Position numbers and translations under genes: made by a program
The notes under the pieces: model-generated
What the model was told of the DNA's origin: nothing
The model's database searches: none
The model's input: the letters and a program-made list of their open reading frames with translations, nothing else
Shown here: positions 12,371 through 22,614 of the stretch, in pieces
How the letters are laid out: the number at the start of each line of letters is the position of its first letter
Position numbering within the stretch: the stretch's first letter is position 1
Assembly: GCF_006345805.1 (NCBI RefSeq)
Contig: NC_042999.1
Coordinates: 46,128,001 to 46,192,000, forward strand
Length of the DNA stretch: 64,000 nucleotides
Direction: 5' to 3'
DNA from: Octopus sinensis
Lineage: Eukaryota

Positions 12371-12984
12371 ACGATAGACATCCCTGCATACCTCTGACCT
12401 CCATCTCTCTCTTCTCCTACTCTCCCCCTCCACACCTATTTCCTGATCTATTTACAGGTTTATTATACTGCAGTTTTTACTCTTCCTGTATTTCTAATTA
12501 ACACCTTCTTCTTGAGCCATTCTGAACTCTTACCCCTCCCCATACTGACATTCACCATCAACCACGTTTCCATCCTCATTCATAACTCCCAACATTCACC
12601 TCTGACCCCATCTGTCACTCACTTCTCATGCTCTTTGGAACTTCCCCTGTCCTTCCAGTCTGCTGGGAAGGAATGAGTCTCACACATGCTTTCATATATC
12701 TTGAGACTGTACTCTGACACCTTGCCCCACCACTGTCTTAGTCCTCCTCCCAGCTACTCCCATCCACCCTTATATAATGTGGAGAAGTTATGTATCTTCT
12801 TTATAGTCAGACACCTCTACTGTCCCTTAACCATGCTTTATCCCCACCCCACCCACTGGCATAAGTCCATTCCCTTCCCTTACTATAATTTCACTCGGTT
12901 GACAAGACTTTTACTTTGTCTTCTGAATGTCTTAGTAATTTCTCACTAATGCTTGTGACAATAAAAAAAAGGGGGTGGAGGAAA

Positions 12985-13165
12985 AACACACCTTGTGCGT
13001 TCTGTGAAGTGTTTGAACAGTAAGAGCATCCAGCTGTAGAAACTACATGAAAGCAGACACTGGAGAGCAACCCAGGCCGCTGACTCATTGGATCCTGTCA
13101 CTCTGGCCAACCCATGCCGGAATGAAAGACAGACATTAAATGATGAAGATGAGGAAGATGATGAT
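12985..13165 (+). mobile_element. Degenerate element-E copy
   Basis: GAGCATCCAGCTGTAGAAAC ... CAACCCATGC ... ACATTAAATGATGA tail. Confidence 0.6.
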
Positions 13166-13527
13166 GACGGTGATATCTATCTATCTTTCTCTCTCTATCT
13201 ATCTATCTACCTATCTACCAATCTACCTATCTATCTATCTGTGTCTATACATACACACACATATGTACATGCATATATGTATGTGTGTGTGTATGTGTGG
13301 GTGTGTATGTGAAGACATGTATCCTAGAGGAAAGCATATTGCACTCGTAATCATAAAGTTTTGATCCTCAGACCAGTAGCATGTTATGCTCTTAAGCAAA
13401 ACACTTAATTTTACGTTGTCCCCGTTTACTCAATTGTAAATTGGTAACCCAGTGATGGACTGACACACTAACATAGTTAGAGGGAGGTGGGGTGGCAGCA
13501 CCACTTTTGGATCTGCTGTACATAATA

Positions 13528-14052
13528 TGTTCCTCAAACTTGCTGACTGCATTGAAGACCGTGTGATGCCAGACATCGCATTCCTCAGCCAGGTCTGACC
13601 AGCATTGGTGGTTAATATGACATGCTGCTAGAGACTTCTTGAGGCAGTCTTTGTAGCGCTTCCTTGGAGCTCCTCTCACACGGTGGCCGGTGGAGAGTTC
13701 GCCAAAGGGGGCAATCTTAGGAAGGCGATGGTTCTCAATTCTGGAGACATGCCCTGCCCATTGGAGGTGGGACTTCAGTAGCATGGCTTCAATGCTGGGG
13801 ATCTCGGCCTGCTCCAAGACTTCAATGTTTGTGATGAAGTCATGAGGAACAAAGAAGAAATGCGCTTAAAGACAAGAGCAGGAGGAAGGCGCGAGCTGCT
13901 TCTGATAGCACACTGGATATTACCTTCGTCTGTGGACACTGCTCACGGACCTGCCTTTCCCATATCGGACTTGTCAGTCATGAGTGTGCATGCACGCAAT
14001 GTGGACAGCCTTCCTGATCTTCGTCCGCGAAGCTGACCCATGATGATGATGA
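13528..14052. mobile_element. 5'-truncated RTE LINE with inverted 5' segment, (GAT)n tail and 11-bp TSD
   Basis: Minus 13842-13528 encodes DFITNIEVLEQAEIPSIEAMLLKSHLQWAGHVSRIENHRLPK...RGAPRKRYKDCLKKSL...AVSKFEE; plus 13843-14040 continues EEQRRNALKDKSRRRKARA...CGHCSRTCLSHIGLVSHE; ACATAATATGT at 13520-13530 and 14052-14062. Confidence 0.9.
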
Positions 14053-14294
14053 CATAATATGTAATGTTGTGGGGGCCTAGGGTTGGCAAACTGAAGGGCT
14101 GCCCAGGACAGCATGCACTCTAACTATGCCAGTGAACTGGCATTCTGTTTGGGGGGAATCTTGGTCTACCCACCGAACAGGTATGATGGCATCATTTGAA
14201 AAGATACAACAATGTGATAAAGTGCATTCTGACCAGTGTTACTATAATAACAACCTGGTCAATATAGTGACAATGATATATGCATATATATGTA

Positions 14295-14513
14295 TTCTTT
14301 TACTGTTTTACTTGTTTCAGTCATTTGACTGTGGCCATGCTGGAGCACCACCTTTAGTCGAACAAATCAACCGCAGGACTCATTGTTTGTAAGCCTAGCA
14401 CTTATTCTATCAGTATCTTTTGCTGATCCAATAAGTTATGGGAATGTAGACACACTAGCATTAGTTGTCAAGCGATGGGGGGGGGGGGGTTTCGGACAAA
14501 CACTGACACACAA

Positions 14514-14570
<57 letters not shown>

Positions 14571-14722
14571 CAGCAGGCTTATTTCAGTTTCCAGCTGTCA
14601 TATCCACTCACAGCCCAAGGCTATAGTAGAAGACACTCACCCAAGGTACCATGCAGTGGGTCTGAACCTGGAACCATGTGGTTGGGAAGCAAGCTTCTTA
14701 CCACACAGCCATGCCTGCACCT
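14295..14722 (-). mobile_element. SINE-A
   Basis: Reverse complement of the SINE-A tail, body and head, with internal (CA)n. Confidence 0.85.
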
Positions 14723-14989
14723 ATGCACACAGCCACACCTGTATTTAAAATTAAAAGTTTAGGTAGGACACTTTGAGGTATAGTATCCAAACCTATTTAT
14801 GGGAATGTCCTTTGTAGAGTGCCTGTAGAGCATGTTCACCCCTTGCAGATACCAGGCATCACCTGGGGCAGTGCACTTTTATTACTGGATGTTCATAAGG
14901 AATTCCTTGGTGCACATTGAGTGTATTCTAAATGATTAATACAGAAGCTTCCAGTAGATGCTGTCTTCCATTTTAATCATTTAGAATCA

Positions 14990-15492
14990 GGCGCAGGAGT
15001 GGCTGTGTGGTAAGTAGCTTGCTAACCAACTACATGGTTCCGGGTTCAGTCCCACTGCATGGAATCTTGGACAAGTGTCTTCTGCTATAGCCCCGGGCCG
15101 ACCAATGCCTTGTGAGTGGATTTGGTAGACGGAAACTGAAAGAAGCCTGTCGTATATATGTATATATGTGTATGTGTGTGTGTGTTTGTCCCCCTAGCAT
15201 TGCTTGACAACCGATGCTGGTGTGTTTATGTCCCCGTCACTTAGTGGTTCAGCAAAAGAGACCGATAGAATAAGTACTGGGCTTACAATGAATAAGTCCT
15301 GGGGTCAATTTGCTCGACTAAAGGCAGTGCTCCAGCATGGCCGCAGTCAAATGACTGAAACAAGTAAAGAGTAAAAGTAAGTAAGTATATATATATATAT
15401 GAAGATATATATATATATATATATATACTCTTTTACTCTTTACTCTTTTACTTGTTTCAGTCATTTGACTGTGGCCATGCTGGAGCACCGCC
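14990..15492. mobile_element. SINE-A (+, 14990-15385) followed by an inverted SINE-A tail (-, 15426-15492)
   Basis: Full SINE-A, then a (TA)n spacer, then CTCTTTTACTTGTTTCAGTCATTTGACTGTGGCCATGCTGGAGCACCGCC. Confidence 0.85.
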
Positions 15493-15519
15493 ATATATAA
15501 ATATATATATATATGGTTT

Positions 15520-15712
15520 ACAAATCAAATAGAGGTAGAATCAACAAAATAAGTACTCCATCCAGTGAGAGATAAATATCAATTTAAATAGAGTTCTATA
15601 TTTAAGAGATCAGGAATTATGTACATTATTTACATTATTTACAATTGACGGCTATTTGTCCTCATCTTGTTTGACAAATATCAGTCAATTGTAAATAATG
15701 TAAATAATGTAT
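15520..15712. mobile_element. Penelope-like terminal fragment with internal foldback
   Basis: Inverted arms 15622-15649/15684-15711; GATAAATATCAATTT is the reverse complement of AAATTGATATTTATC at about 18777; lies beside a TA run. Confidence 0.5.
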
Positions 15713-15816
15713 CAACTTAAATATACAACTGAAAGAGCTAATAGTTTCATGCTTTTATGATACTTGAACAGGCATAATTATAAAATCCATCGTGTGTAAT
15801 CTTTCGGGCTTTACGA

Positions 15817-16288
15817 TAGGCACAGGAGTGGCTGTGTAGTAAGTAGCTTGATTACCATGTGGTCCCGGGTTCAGTCCCACTGTGTGGTACCTTGGGCAAG
15901 TGTCTTCCATTATAGTCTCTTGGCGGCCAAAGCCTTGTAAGTGAATTTGGTAGATAGAAACTAAAAGAAGTCTGTCATACATATATATATATATATATAT
16001 GGCACGTAAAAAGCACCATCCGATCGTGGCCATTGCCAGCCTCGCCTGGCCCCTGTGCCGGTGGCATGTAAAAAGCACCATCTGTCCATGGCCGTTTGCC
16101 AGCTCCGTCTGGCACCTGTGCGGGTGGCACGTAAAAAGCACCCACTGCACTCACGGAGTGGTTGGCATTAGGAAGGGCATCCAGCTGTAGAAACACTGCC
16201 AGATCAAACTGTGCCTGATGCAGCCTTCTGGCTGTACAGACCCCAGTTGAACTGTCCAACCCATGCTAGCATGGAAAGCAGATGCTAA

Positions 16289-16360
<72 letters not shown>

Positions 16361-16848
16361 GTAGTGGAGGCGCAATGGCCCAGTGGTTAGGGCAGCGGAC
16401 TCGCGGTCGTAGGATCGCGGTCGTAGGATCGCGGTCGTAGGATCGCGGTTTCGTTGTGAGTGTTTATTGAGCAAAAACACCTAAAATCTCCACGAGGCTC
16501 CAGCAGGGGGTAGTGATCCCTGCTGTACTCTTTCACCACTCTTTCTTCTGTTGGCCTGCTCGTTTAGCCAGCGGGGTGGCGTCATTCGAAGGCTAAAACA
16601 ATGCGAATGCATTGTGACCAGCGATGTGTAACTACATCTGATGGACTGGTCGGTCACGTGATCACGTGATATATATATGTATATGTTTGTGTGTCTGTGT
16701 TTGTCTCCCCAACATTGCTTGACAACCGATGCTGGTGTGTTTACATCCCTGTAACTTAGCGGTTCGGTAAAAGATACTGATGGGATAAGTACTAGTCATA
16801 CAAAGAATAAGTCCTGGGGTTGATCTCTTCTACTAAAGGCAGTGCTCC
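15817..16848 (+). mobile_element. SINE-A split at its (TA)n tract by element-E (16001-16322) and SINE-B (16364-16672)
   Basis: 5' half ends at TA about 16000; 3' half (TGTGTTTGTCTCCCCAACATTGCTTGACAACCGATG) resumes about 16680. Confidence 0.85.
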
Positions 16849-16904
16849 GCTGCCCTAAACACTGGGCCATTGCGCCTCCATATATAAATATATATATATA
16901 TATA

Positions 16905-17190
16905 TATAAAATACAAAATGGGACAAGAATGCAAAACAGCCAGACAACTAGGTGATACAAAAAGGGACAACAAAACATTCAGATAGATGATACAAAAAAA
17001 CAAGGACGGGTCATTCGAAGCTTTCTATCCTCAATCAAGAACCAGATCATCCTCGCAATTTTGGCTGATTAATCTTGAGATTGCTCCAATCTGGCCAGCC
17101 CCAAGGAAAAAACTAAGCTGAGAGCATTAGATTCCTTTGAAGAAAGCATCGAATGTATTTGAAAACAAGGACGGAAAAACAGATGATGAG
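16905..17190. repeat. Unclassified dispersed-repeat-like segment next to (TA)n, possibly a Penelope-like terminus
   Basis: Purine-skewed composition and TA adjacency like the family-H fragments; no second copy in the window. Confidence 0.3.
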
Positions 17191-17194
17191 ACAT

Positions 17195-17548
17195 GAGCAG
17201 TTCCCCTGAAGGAAGAGAGTATGGCTGTTTTAGTATAGACTTTCTTCCAAACAGCATCAGCTCAAATTTTCCCTCATTCAGTTTCATTTTTGTTTTTGTC
17301 TGCCCATTGACTCACAACAACTGGAGTTGAGTTTGGTCTTCTTCTTCATTGGTGATTTGCTGGAGCCTAGTGTCATCAGCAGATATTTTCACTTTGCAGT
17401 GATTTACAACGCTGGAAAGGTCATTTATGTAAAATATAAAGAGTAGCGGGCCCAAGGCAGTCCCCTGAGGGACACCACTGGTGACTTTGCTGGGCTTGAG
17501 TGGACTCCATCGACCAGAACATGTTGTGTTCTATTCGCCAGGAATAGC
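17195..17548 (-). mobile_element. CR1/L2-group LINE reverse transcriptase remnant
   Basis: [41 protein letters not shown]...ISADDTRL...MKLNEGKFELMLFGRK: SGVPQG and xADD RT motifs; frameshifted. Confidence 0.85.
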
Positions 17549-17734
17549 ATATGTATATATATATGTATATATACATGTATATATATATATATATATGTAT
17601 AAGGTAAGCACAGCAGGTTGTTCTGCAAACCAAGGTACCTTGGATGGGCTGGGGCTGCTAGGCGAAACTGTTACAGGAAACAGCCATGAACTCACATTAT
17701 TTGTCGGGTCTGACATCATCTACAGAATTTATAT

Positions 17735-18740
17735 TTTTCCTGTCCAAATAATTTTGAAGACTGGAAGAAATGATAATTAGATGGAGCGATGTCTGGAAAA
17801 TATGGTTTGTGGGGCATCCTTTCCCATTCAAGCTGCTCCAACCTTTGGAATATCATACTTGCTGTATGTGGCTGAGCATTATCCTGATGAAAGAACACCT
17901 TTCATCTTGAAACCAAAGATGGTCGTTTTTCTTCTAACACTGACTTAAGCCAGTCAAGCTGCTCACAGTAGATCTTCCTTCTTATTGTGTGATTTGAGTC
18001 TAAAACCTTTCTTATCCCACTTTCTTTAGCCTGGGGTCCCAGTGTTTCTTCTTTCCCTCCTTACTGTTTTTGGTGATTGACATTTTTGTAGAGAACCCAT
18101 TTCTCATCAAGATTCACTCTTTGGTCCAAAAAAGGTTCATTCATGAGACGTGACTACAAAGACTAACACCCATTTACTCTCTGCATGAAATTAGACTTGA
18201 AAAATTTGTGACGACATCACTGACCCAATTTTATGACTTTTCCAATGGCACACAGGTGCCAACGAATGGTTGAATGACCAAATCCAAGACTCTCTTCTAG
18301 TTCCTCAACAGTTATGATGTGATTTTGTTCCACCAGGGTTTGCAGGACATCTTTGTCAAGCTCTACAGGTCTTCCAGTTTGAGGCTTGTCTTGTAGTTTC
18401 TGACTTAGAATTTCTGGAACCACTGTTGTTACTGGCTTTTGCTTATTGTCCAACCCCCATATGCTGTATTAATATTCCTCACACTTTCCATTGTGTTGTT
18501 GCCTTTATTGAACTCATAAAGCAAAATATGCCAAATATGCTCCTTTGTCACTTCCATTATAGCTTTGAAAAAATAACTGAAAATCGAACTGCACTCTTCA
18601 AAACTTGCACTAAGAATAAGTACAAGGTAAAATTACTACCTGCTTTTATGGTAAGTTGATGCAGGTAGTTTATCCTGTCCCCTCTGACTTTTAGTTTATG
18701 CAATTGAAAAGACCACATTATTTATGGGATGATCCAATAT
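17735..18740 (-). mobile_element. Decayed mariner (Hsmar1/cecropia-like) transposon
   Basis: LQDKPQTGRPVELDKDVLQTLVEQNHIITVEELEESLGFGHSTIRWHLCAIGKVIKLGQ and FFHQDNAQPHTA...PHKPYFPDIAPSNYHF; terminus TATTGGATCATCCCATAAATAATG at about 18740. Confidence 0.85.
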
Positions 18741-18754
18741 ATATGTATATATAT

Positions 18755-19050
18755 ATAAAATTAATTAAGGGTAGAAATTGATATTTATCAATTAAGACCA
18801 GTGGTCTAGCATATTAAAAAAGAATCCGAAGATTAAAATATTTATATATACCAATTAAGGACTGAACACGAAAAGTGGACAGTCAACATGCTAGATATAG
18901 ACGTCAAATCGCCATTCACCACAAAAGATTATGTTCTCAGATCAAACTGAGTTTGATCTGAGAACATAATCTTTTGTGGTGAATGGCGATTTGACGTCTA
19001 TATCTAGCATGTTGACTGTCCACTTTTCGTGTTCAGTCCTTAATTGGTGT
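18755..19050. mobile_element. Penelope-like terminus with a 199-bp perfect palindrome (18850-19048)
   Basis: Two 99-bp arms identical in reverse complement around a single G at 18949; a diverged single arm occurs at about 33607-33705; both flanks are TA runs. Confidence 0.7.
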
Positions 19051-19081
19051 ATATATATATATATATATATATAATAAATAT

Positions 19082-19490
19082 AGTGCAGGAGTGGCTGTGT
19101 GGTAAGTAGCTTGTTTACCAACCACATGGTTCCGGGTTCAGTCCCACTGCATGGCACCTTGGACAAGTGTCTTCTACTGTAGCCTCGGAGTGGATTTGGT
19201 AGACGGAAACTGAAAGAAGCCCATCGTATATATGTATATATATATATATATATATGCGTGTGTGTGTTTGTGTGTCTGTGTTTGTCCTCCTAGCATTGCT
19301 TGACAACCGATGCTGGTGTGTTTATGTCCCCGTTACTTAGCGGTTCGGCAAAGGAGAATGATAGAATAAATACTGGGCTTACAAAAGAATAAGTTCCGGG
19401 GTCGAGTTGCTCGATTAAAGGCAGTGCTCCAGCATGGCCGCAGTCAAATGACTGAAACAAGTAAAAAAGTAAAAGAGTAAAGAGTATAGC
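19082..19490 (+). mobile_element. SINE-A, near full length
   Basis: Head, body and GAGTAAA tail present; small internal deletion. Confidence 0.9.
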
Positions 19491-19928
19491 GATTCTAAGT
19501 GTTATGTCGCAATACTACACAGTGGTTGTGTGAGCAACGAAATCCTCGTCACTACTGTTATGTCGCACGTTCGGATGCCTCTACTCCTCAACTCCTACTA
19601 CTCTCATCTCCAGATGTCTAGGCTTCTCCCTCTATATCTACGTACTGGGCTAGCCTACTTCATCGTCTGGGGGCGTCCACACAACACTAAGAATCAAACA
19701 TATTAAGAAAAACAGCCATTAAGGCTAGGATGTAATCTCAGTGTTGTTCTGAAACTCCAGGGATCACTGTGGTGGAGACTATGTATAGAAATTGATCAGA
19801 TAAGAGAAAGATAAGAGAAGTGAAGTGAGAGATTAGATGTTTATTCCATTAGTTATAAACATCTCTTTCTTCATTTCCTTATCTGATCCCTCTTTCTTCT
19901 TCTCTCTGTATTTGTCTCTGTCTGCCTG

Positions 19929-20015
<87 letters not shown>

Positions 20016-20212
20016 AGGGTTATGTACTTTCAGCCATTTGAATCTGATGAGTAATCTATCTAGTTAAGTGCTTTATAGGTGCAAAACCAATGGTCACACT
20101 CTGATCGACCATAACAATCTACTTCCTAAAAAATAGATTAATGTTTTAGAGTGTGCTTCTTTTTGGATATATGAACTACTGATGATATACATATATATAT
20201 ATATATATATAT

Positions 20213-20885
20213 AGACGTAGGAGTAGCTGTGTGGTAAGTAGCTTGCTTACCAACCACATGGTTCCGGGTTCCGTCCCACTGCGTGGCACTTTGGGCAAGT
20301 GTCTTCTACTATAGCCTTGGACTGACCAACGCCTTGTGAGTGGATTTGGCAGATGGAAACTGAAAGAAGCCTGTCGTATATATGTATATGTGTGTGTGTG
20401 TGTGTGTGTCTGTGTTTATCCCCTCCCCCAACACACGCACACACACACACACGCACACACACACACGCACACACAAAGACACACATGCATGCATGGGCAC
20501 ATGCATATAAACACATACATATTTACTTATTTATTTCTTTATTTCTGTGAAGGCACATGGCTCAGTGGTTAGAGCGTCGAGCTTACGATCATGAGGTTGT
20601 GAGTTCGATTCCCAGACTGGGCTGCATGTTGTGTTCTTGAGCAAGGCATTTTATTTCACGTCACTCCAGTTTACTCAGCTGCAGAAATGAGTTGCAACAT
20701 CACTGGTGCCAAGCTGTATTGGCCCCTTTGCCTTTCCCTTGCATAACATCAGTGGTGTGGAGAGTGGGGGCTGGTATGCATGGGCGACTGCTGGCCTTCC
20801 ATAAACAACCTTGCCTGGACTTGTATCTCGGAGGGTAACTTTTTAGGTGGAACCCCATGGTCATTCATGACCGAAGGGTGGGGTC
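20213..20885 (+). mobile_element. SINE-A 5' half (20213-20420) and SINE-C (20547-20885)
   Basis: SINE-C head TGGCTCAGTGGTTAGAGCGTCG...GAGTTCGATTCCC and body GTTGTGTTCTTGAGCAAGGCA; other copies at 39428-39790 (-) and 58325-58615 (+). Confidence 0.85.
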
Positions 20886-21579
20886 TCCCCATTTCCTTAT
20901 TTCAAAGTTTGCACTGTGAATATTTTGACAGCTCACAAGTTGAAACAATCAGGGGGCAAACCTTTAAAGATAATGTATGAATCCCCTCATTTCTATTTTT
21001 CATTTTGTAATTCATATAAAATCAATCAACATTGATAAGACTGGTTTCCTTTAATTAAATACATAATAAATATTAAATACATGCATGTATATCTGTACTA
21101 GCTTAAGAGCCACACTCTATATGGACTTTAAAGCTAGCTCATCTGGAGGGCTAATTAAACCTGTGGCCCCAAACTAAAGAGAGCTGACTGTAATACGTCT
21201 GTTATGACTATATACCCCAGTGGTGTTTGACCAGAGGCTAAGGACACATGAGAATTATGCAATGCAATCATTCTAATGTTTTATTCCTAAGTTGAATGGC
21301 ATGGATCAGCCAAGTTTTATCTGCTAGAAATAGCAACCCAAATGCTTTGAAACCAGATCCCAATGCTGCATGTTCAAGAACCAAATGAAGGGCAGATTTT
21401 CAATCATGGGATCATCCTGATTCCAAAAAGGGTATTATATGTCTATGTAGAACAAATATGGACTGAGATAGAGGGGTTTCAGATGGACAGACAGAATTTT
21501 GTTTTTATTATACACACACACACACACACACACACATAGGTGCAGGCATAACACACACACACACATATATATATAGGTG

Positions 21580-22110
21580 CAGGCATAACTGTGTGGTAAG
21601 AAGCTTGCTTCACAACCACATGGTTCCAGGTTCAGTCCCACTGCATGGCACCTTGAGCTGACCAAAGCCTTGTGAGTGGATTTGGTAGACGAAAACTGAA
21701 AGAAGCCTATTGTATGTGTGTGTGTGTGTGTTTGTGTATGTGAAGGTGATGGCCTAATGATTAGGGTATTGGACTCATGATTGCTTGGTCATTGGTCCAA
21801 TTACCAGACCGAGCAGTGTATATTGTTCTTGAGCAAAACACTTCATTTCATGTTGCTCCAGTTCACTCAGCTGACAAAAATGAGTAATCCTGCGATGGAA
21901 CAGCCTTTTAATCAGAGGCAATATTGGCCTGCTCACCTAGCCAGTGGGGGGGATTGCATCATTTGCAATTTAAAACAACGTCAAGCACATTGTGACCAGT
22001 GATGTATAACAACATCTAATAGTATGTATGCATATGTGTGTGTTTTACCAGCACTGGTTAGGCCTGTTTTGGCATGGTTTTTACAGCCAGATGCCCTTCC
22101 AAACACTAAC
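21580..22110. mobile_element. SINE-A 5' fragment, C-head/B-tail SINE (about 21740-22022) and element-E fragment
   Basis: Recognisable but degenerate head, body and tail motifs of these families. Confidence 0.6.
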
Positions 22111-22125
22111 CACTGTGTGTGTGTG

Positions 22126-22172
<47 letters not shown>

Positions 22173-22381
22173 GAAAGTTAAATTACACATGAAATGCTTC
22201 TGGGTAATAAGAGGGGTATGTGATACCAGGGAGAATTTGGTAAAATTTACCAAATTCTCCCTATATATATATATATGGTGAAGTGTACAGTTCTGCAGAA
22301 TTGTATATATTACCAAATTCTCCTTGGTATCACATACCCCCTCTTATTACCCAGAGCCATTTCATGTGTAATTTACCTTTC
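22173..22381. mobile_element. MITE-like foldback with about 71-bp terminal inverted repeats
   Basis: 22173-22243 is the near-perfect reverse complement of 22310-22381; nested 16-bp-arm palindrome at 22229-22261. Confidence 0.6.
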
Positions 22382-22614
22382 ATTCTCAATAGTGCCCTCT
22401 CCATCCATATTTTACACTGATTACCTCTCCCTGGAGACCACTGAATTATTTCTTCTTCACACCGATATGCCTTCTCTTTCCCCCATTGATTACATCTGCC
22501 CTACACACTTACAACTGACCCAACCGTATCTCATGTTCCTCCTCTCTACCAGTTTCCTGTCTTCTTGGTTTGCTTCCCCTGTCTACTGTAACCATTAATA
22601 TTGGAATTTCTAAT

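Noticed and set aside
14864-14928. Minus-strand exon-like segment NTLNVHQGIPYEHPVIKVHCP with CAG/GTGATG (similar weak cases at about 31500-31600, 43960-44050, 57100-57230 and 63130-63230)
   Set aside because: Short open frames with AG/GT are expected by chance in this much sequence; no homology or consistent chain. Not called without RNA-seq.
16001-16145. GGCACGTAAAAAGCACC repeats with about 45-nt intervals, resembling a CRISPR array
   Set aside because: The intervening sequences are homologous to each other, the context is eukaryotic and there are no cas genes; this is an internal tandem unit of element-E. I also could not fit twister, pistol or HDV cores to it.
16366-16455. tRNA-like sequences (also about 6555, 20550, 39830 and 51000)
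   Set aside because: They are SINE heads continuing into SINE bodies; no complete acceptor stem and cloverleaf.
17040-17110. Possible hammerhead on the minus strand (GGCUGG…CAGCC stem, UUGC after an A-run)
   Set aside because: No CUGANGA, and GAAA reads AAAA in this copy; insufficient.
20040-20145. CTGATGA followed by a TAATCTAT/ATAGATTA pairing
   Set aside because: No GAAA after the stem and no helix I or III; chance match.
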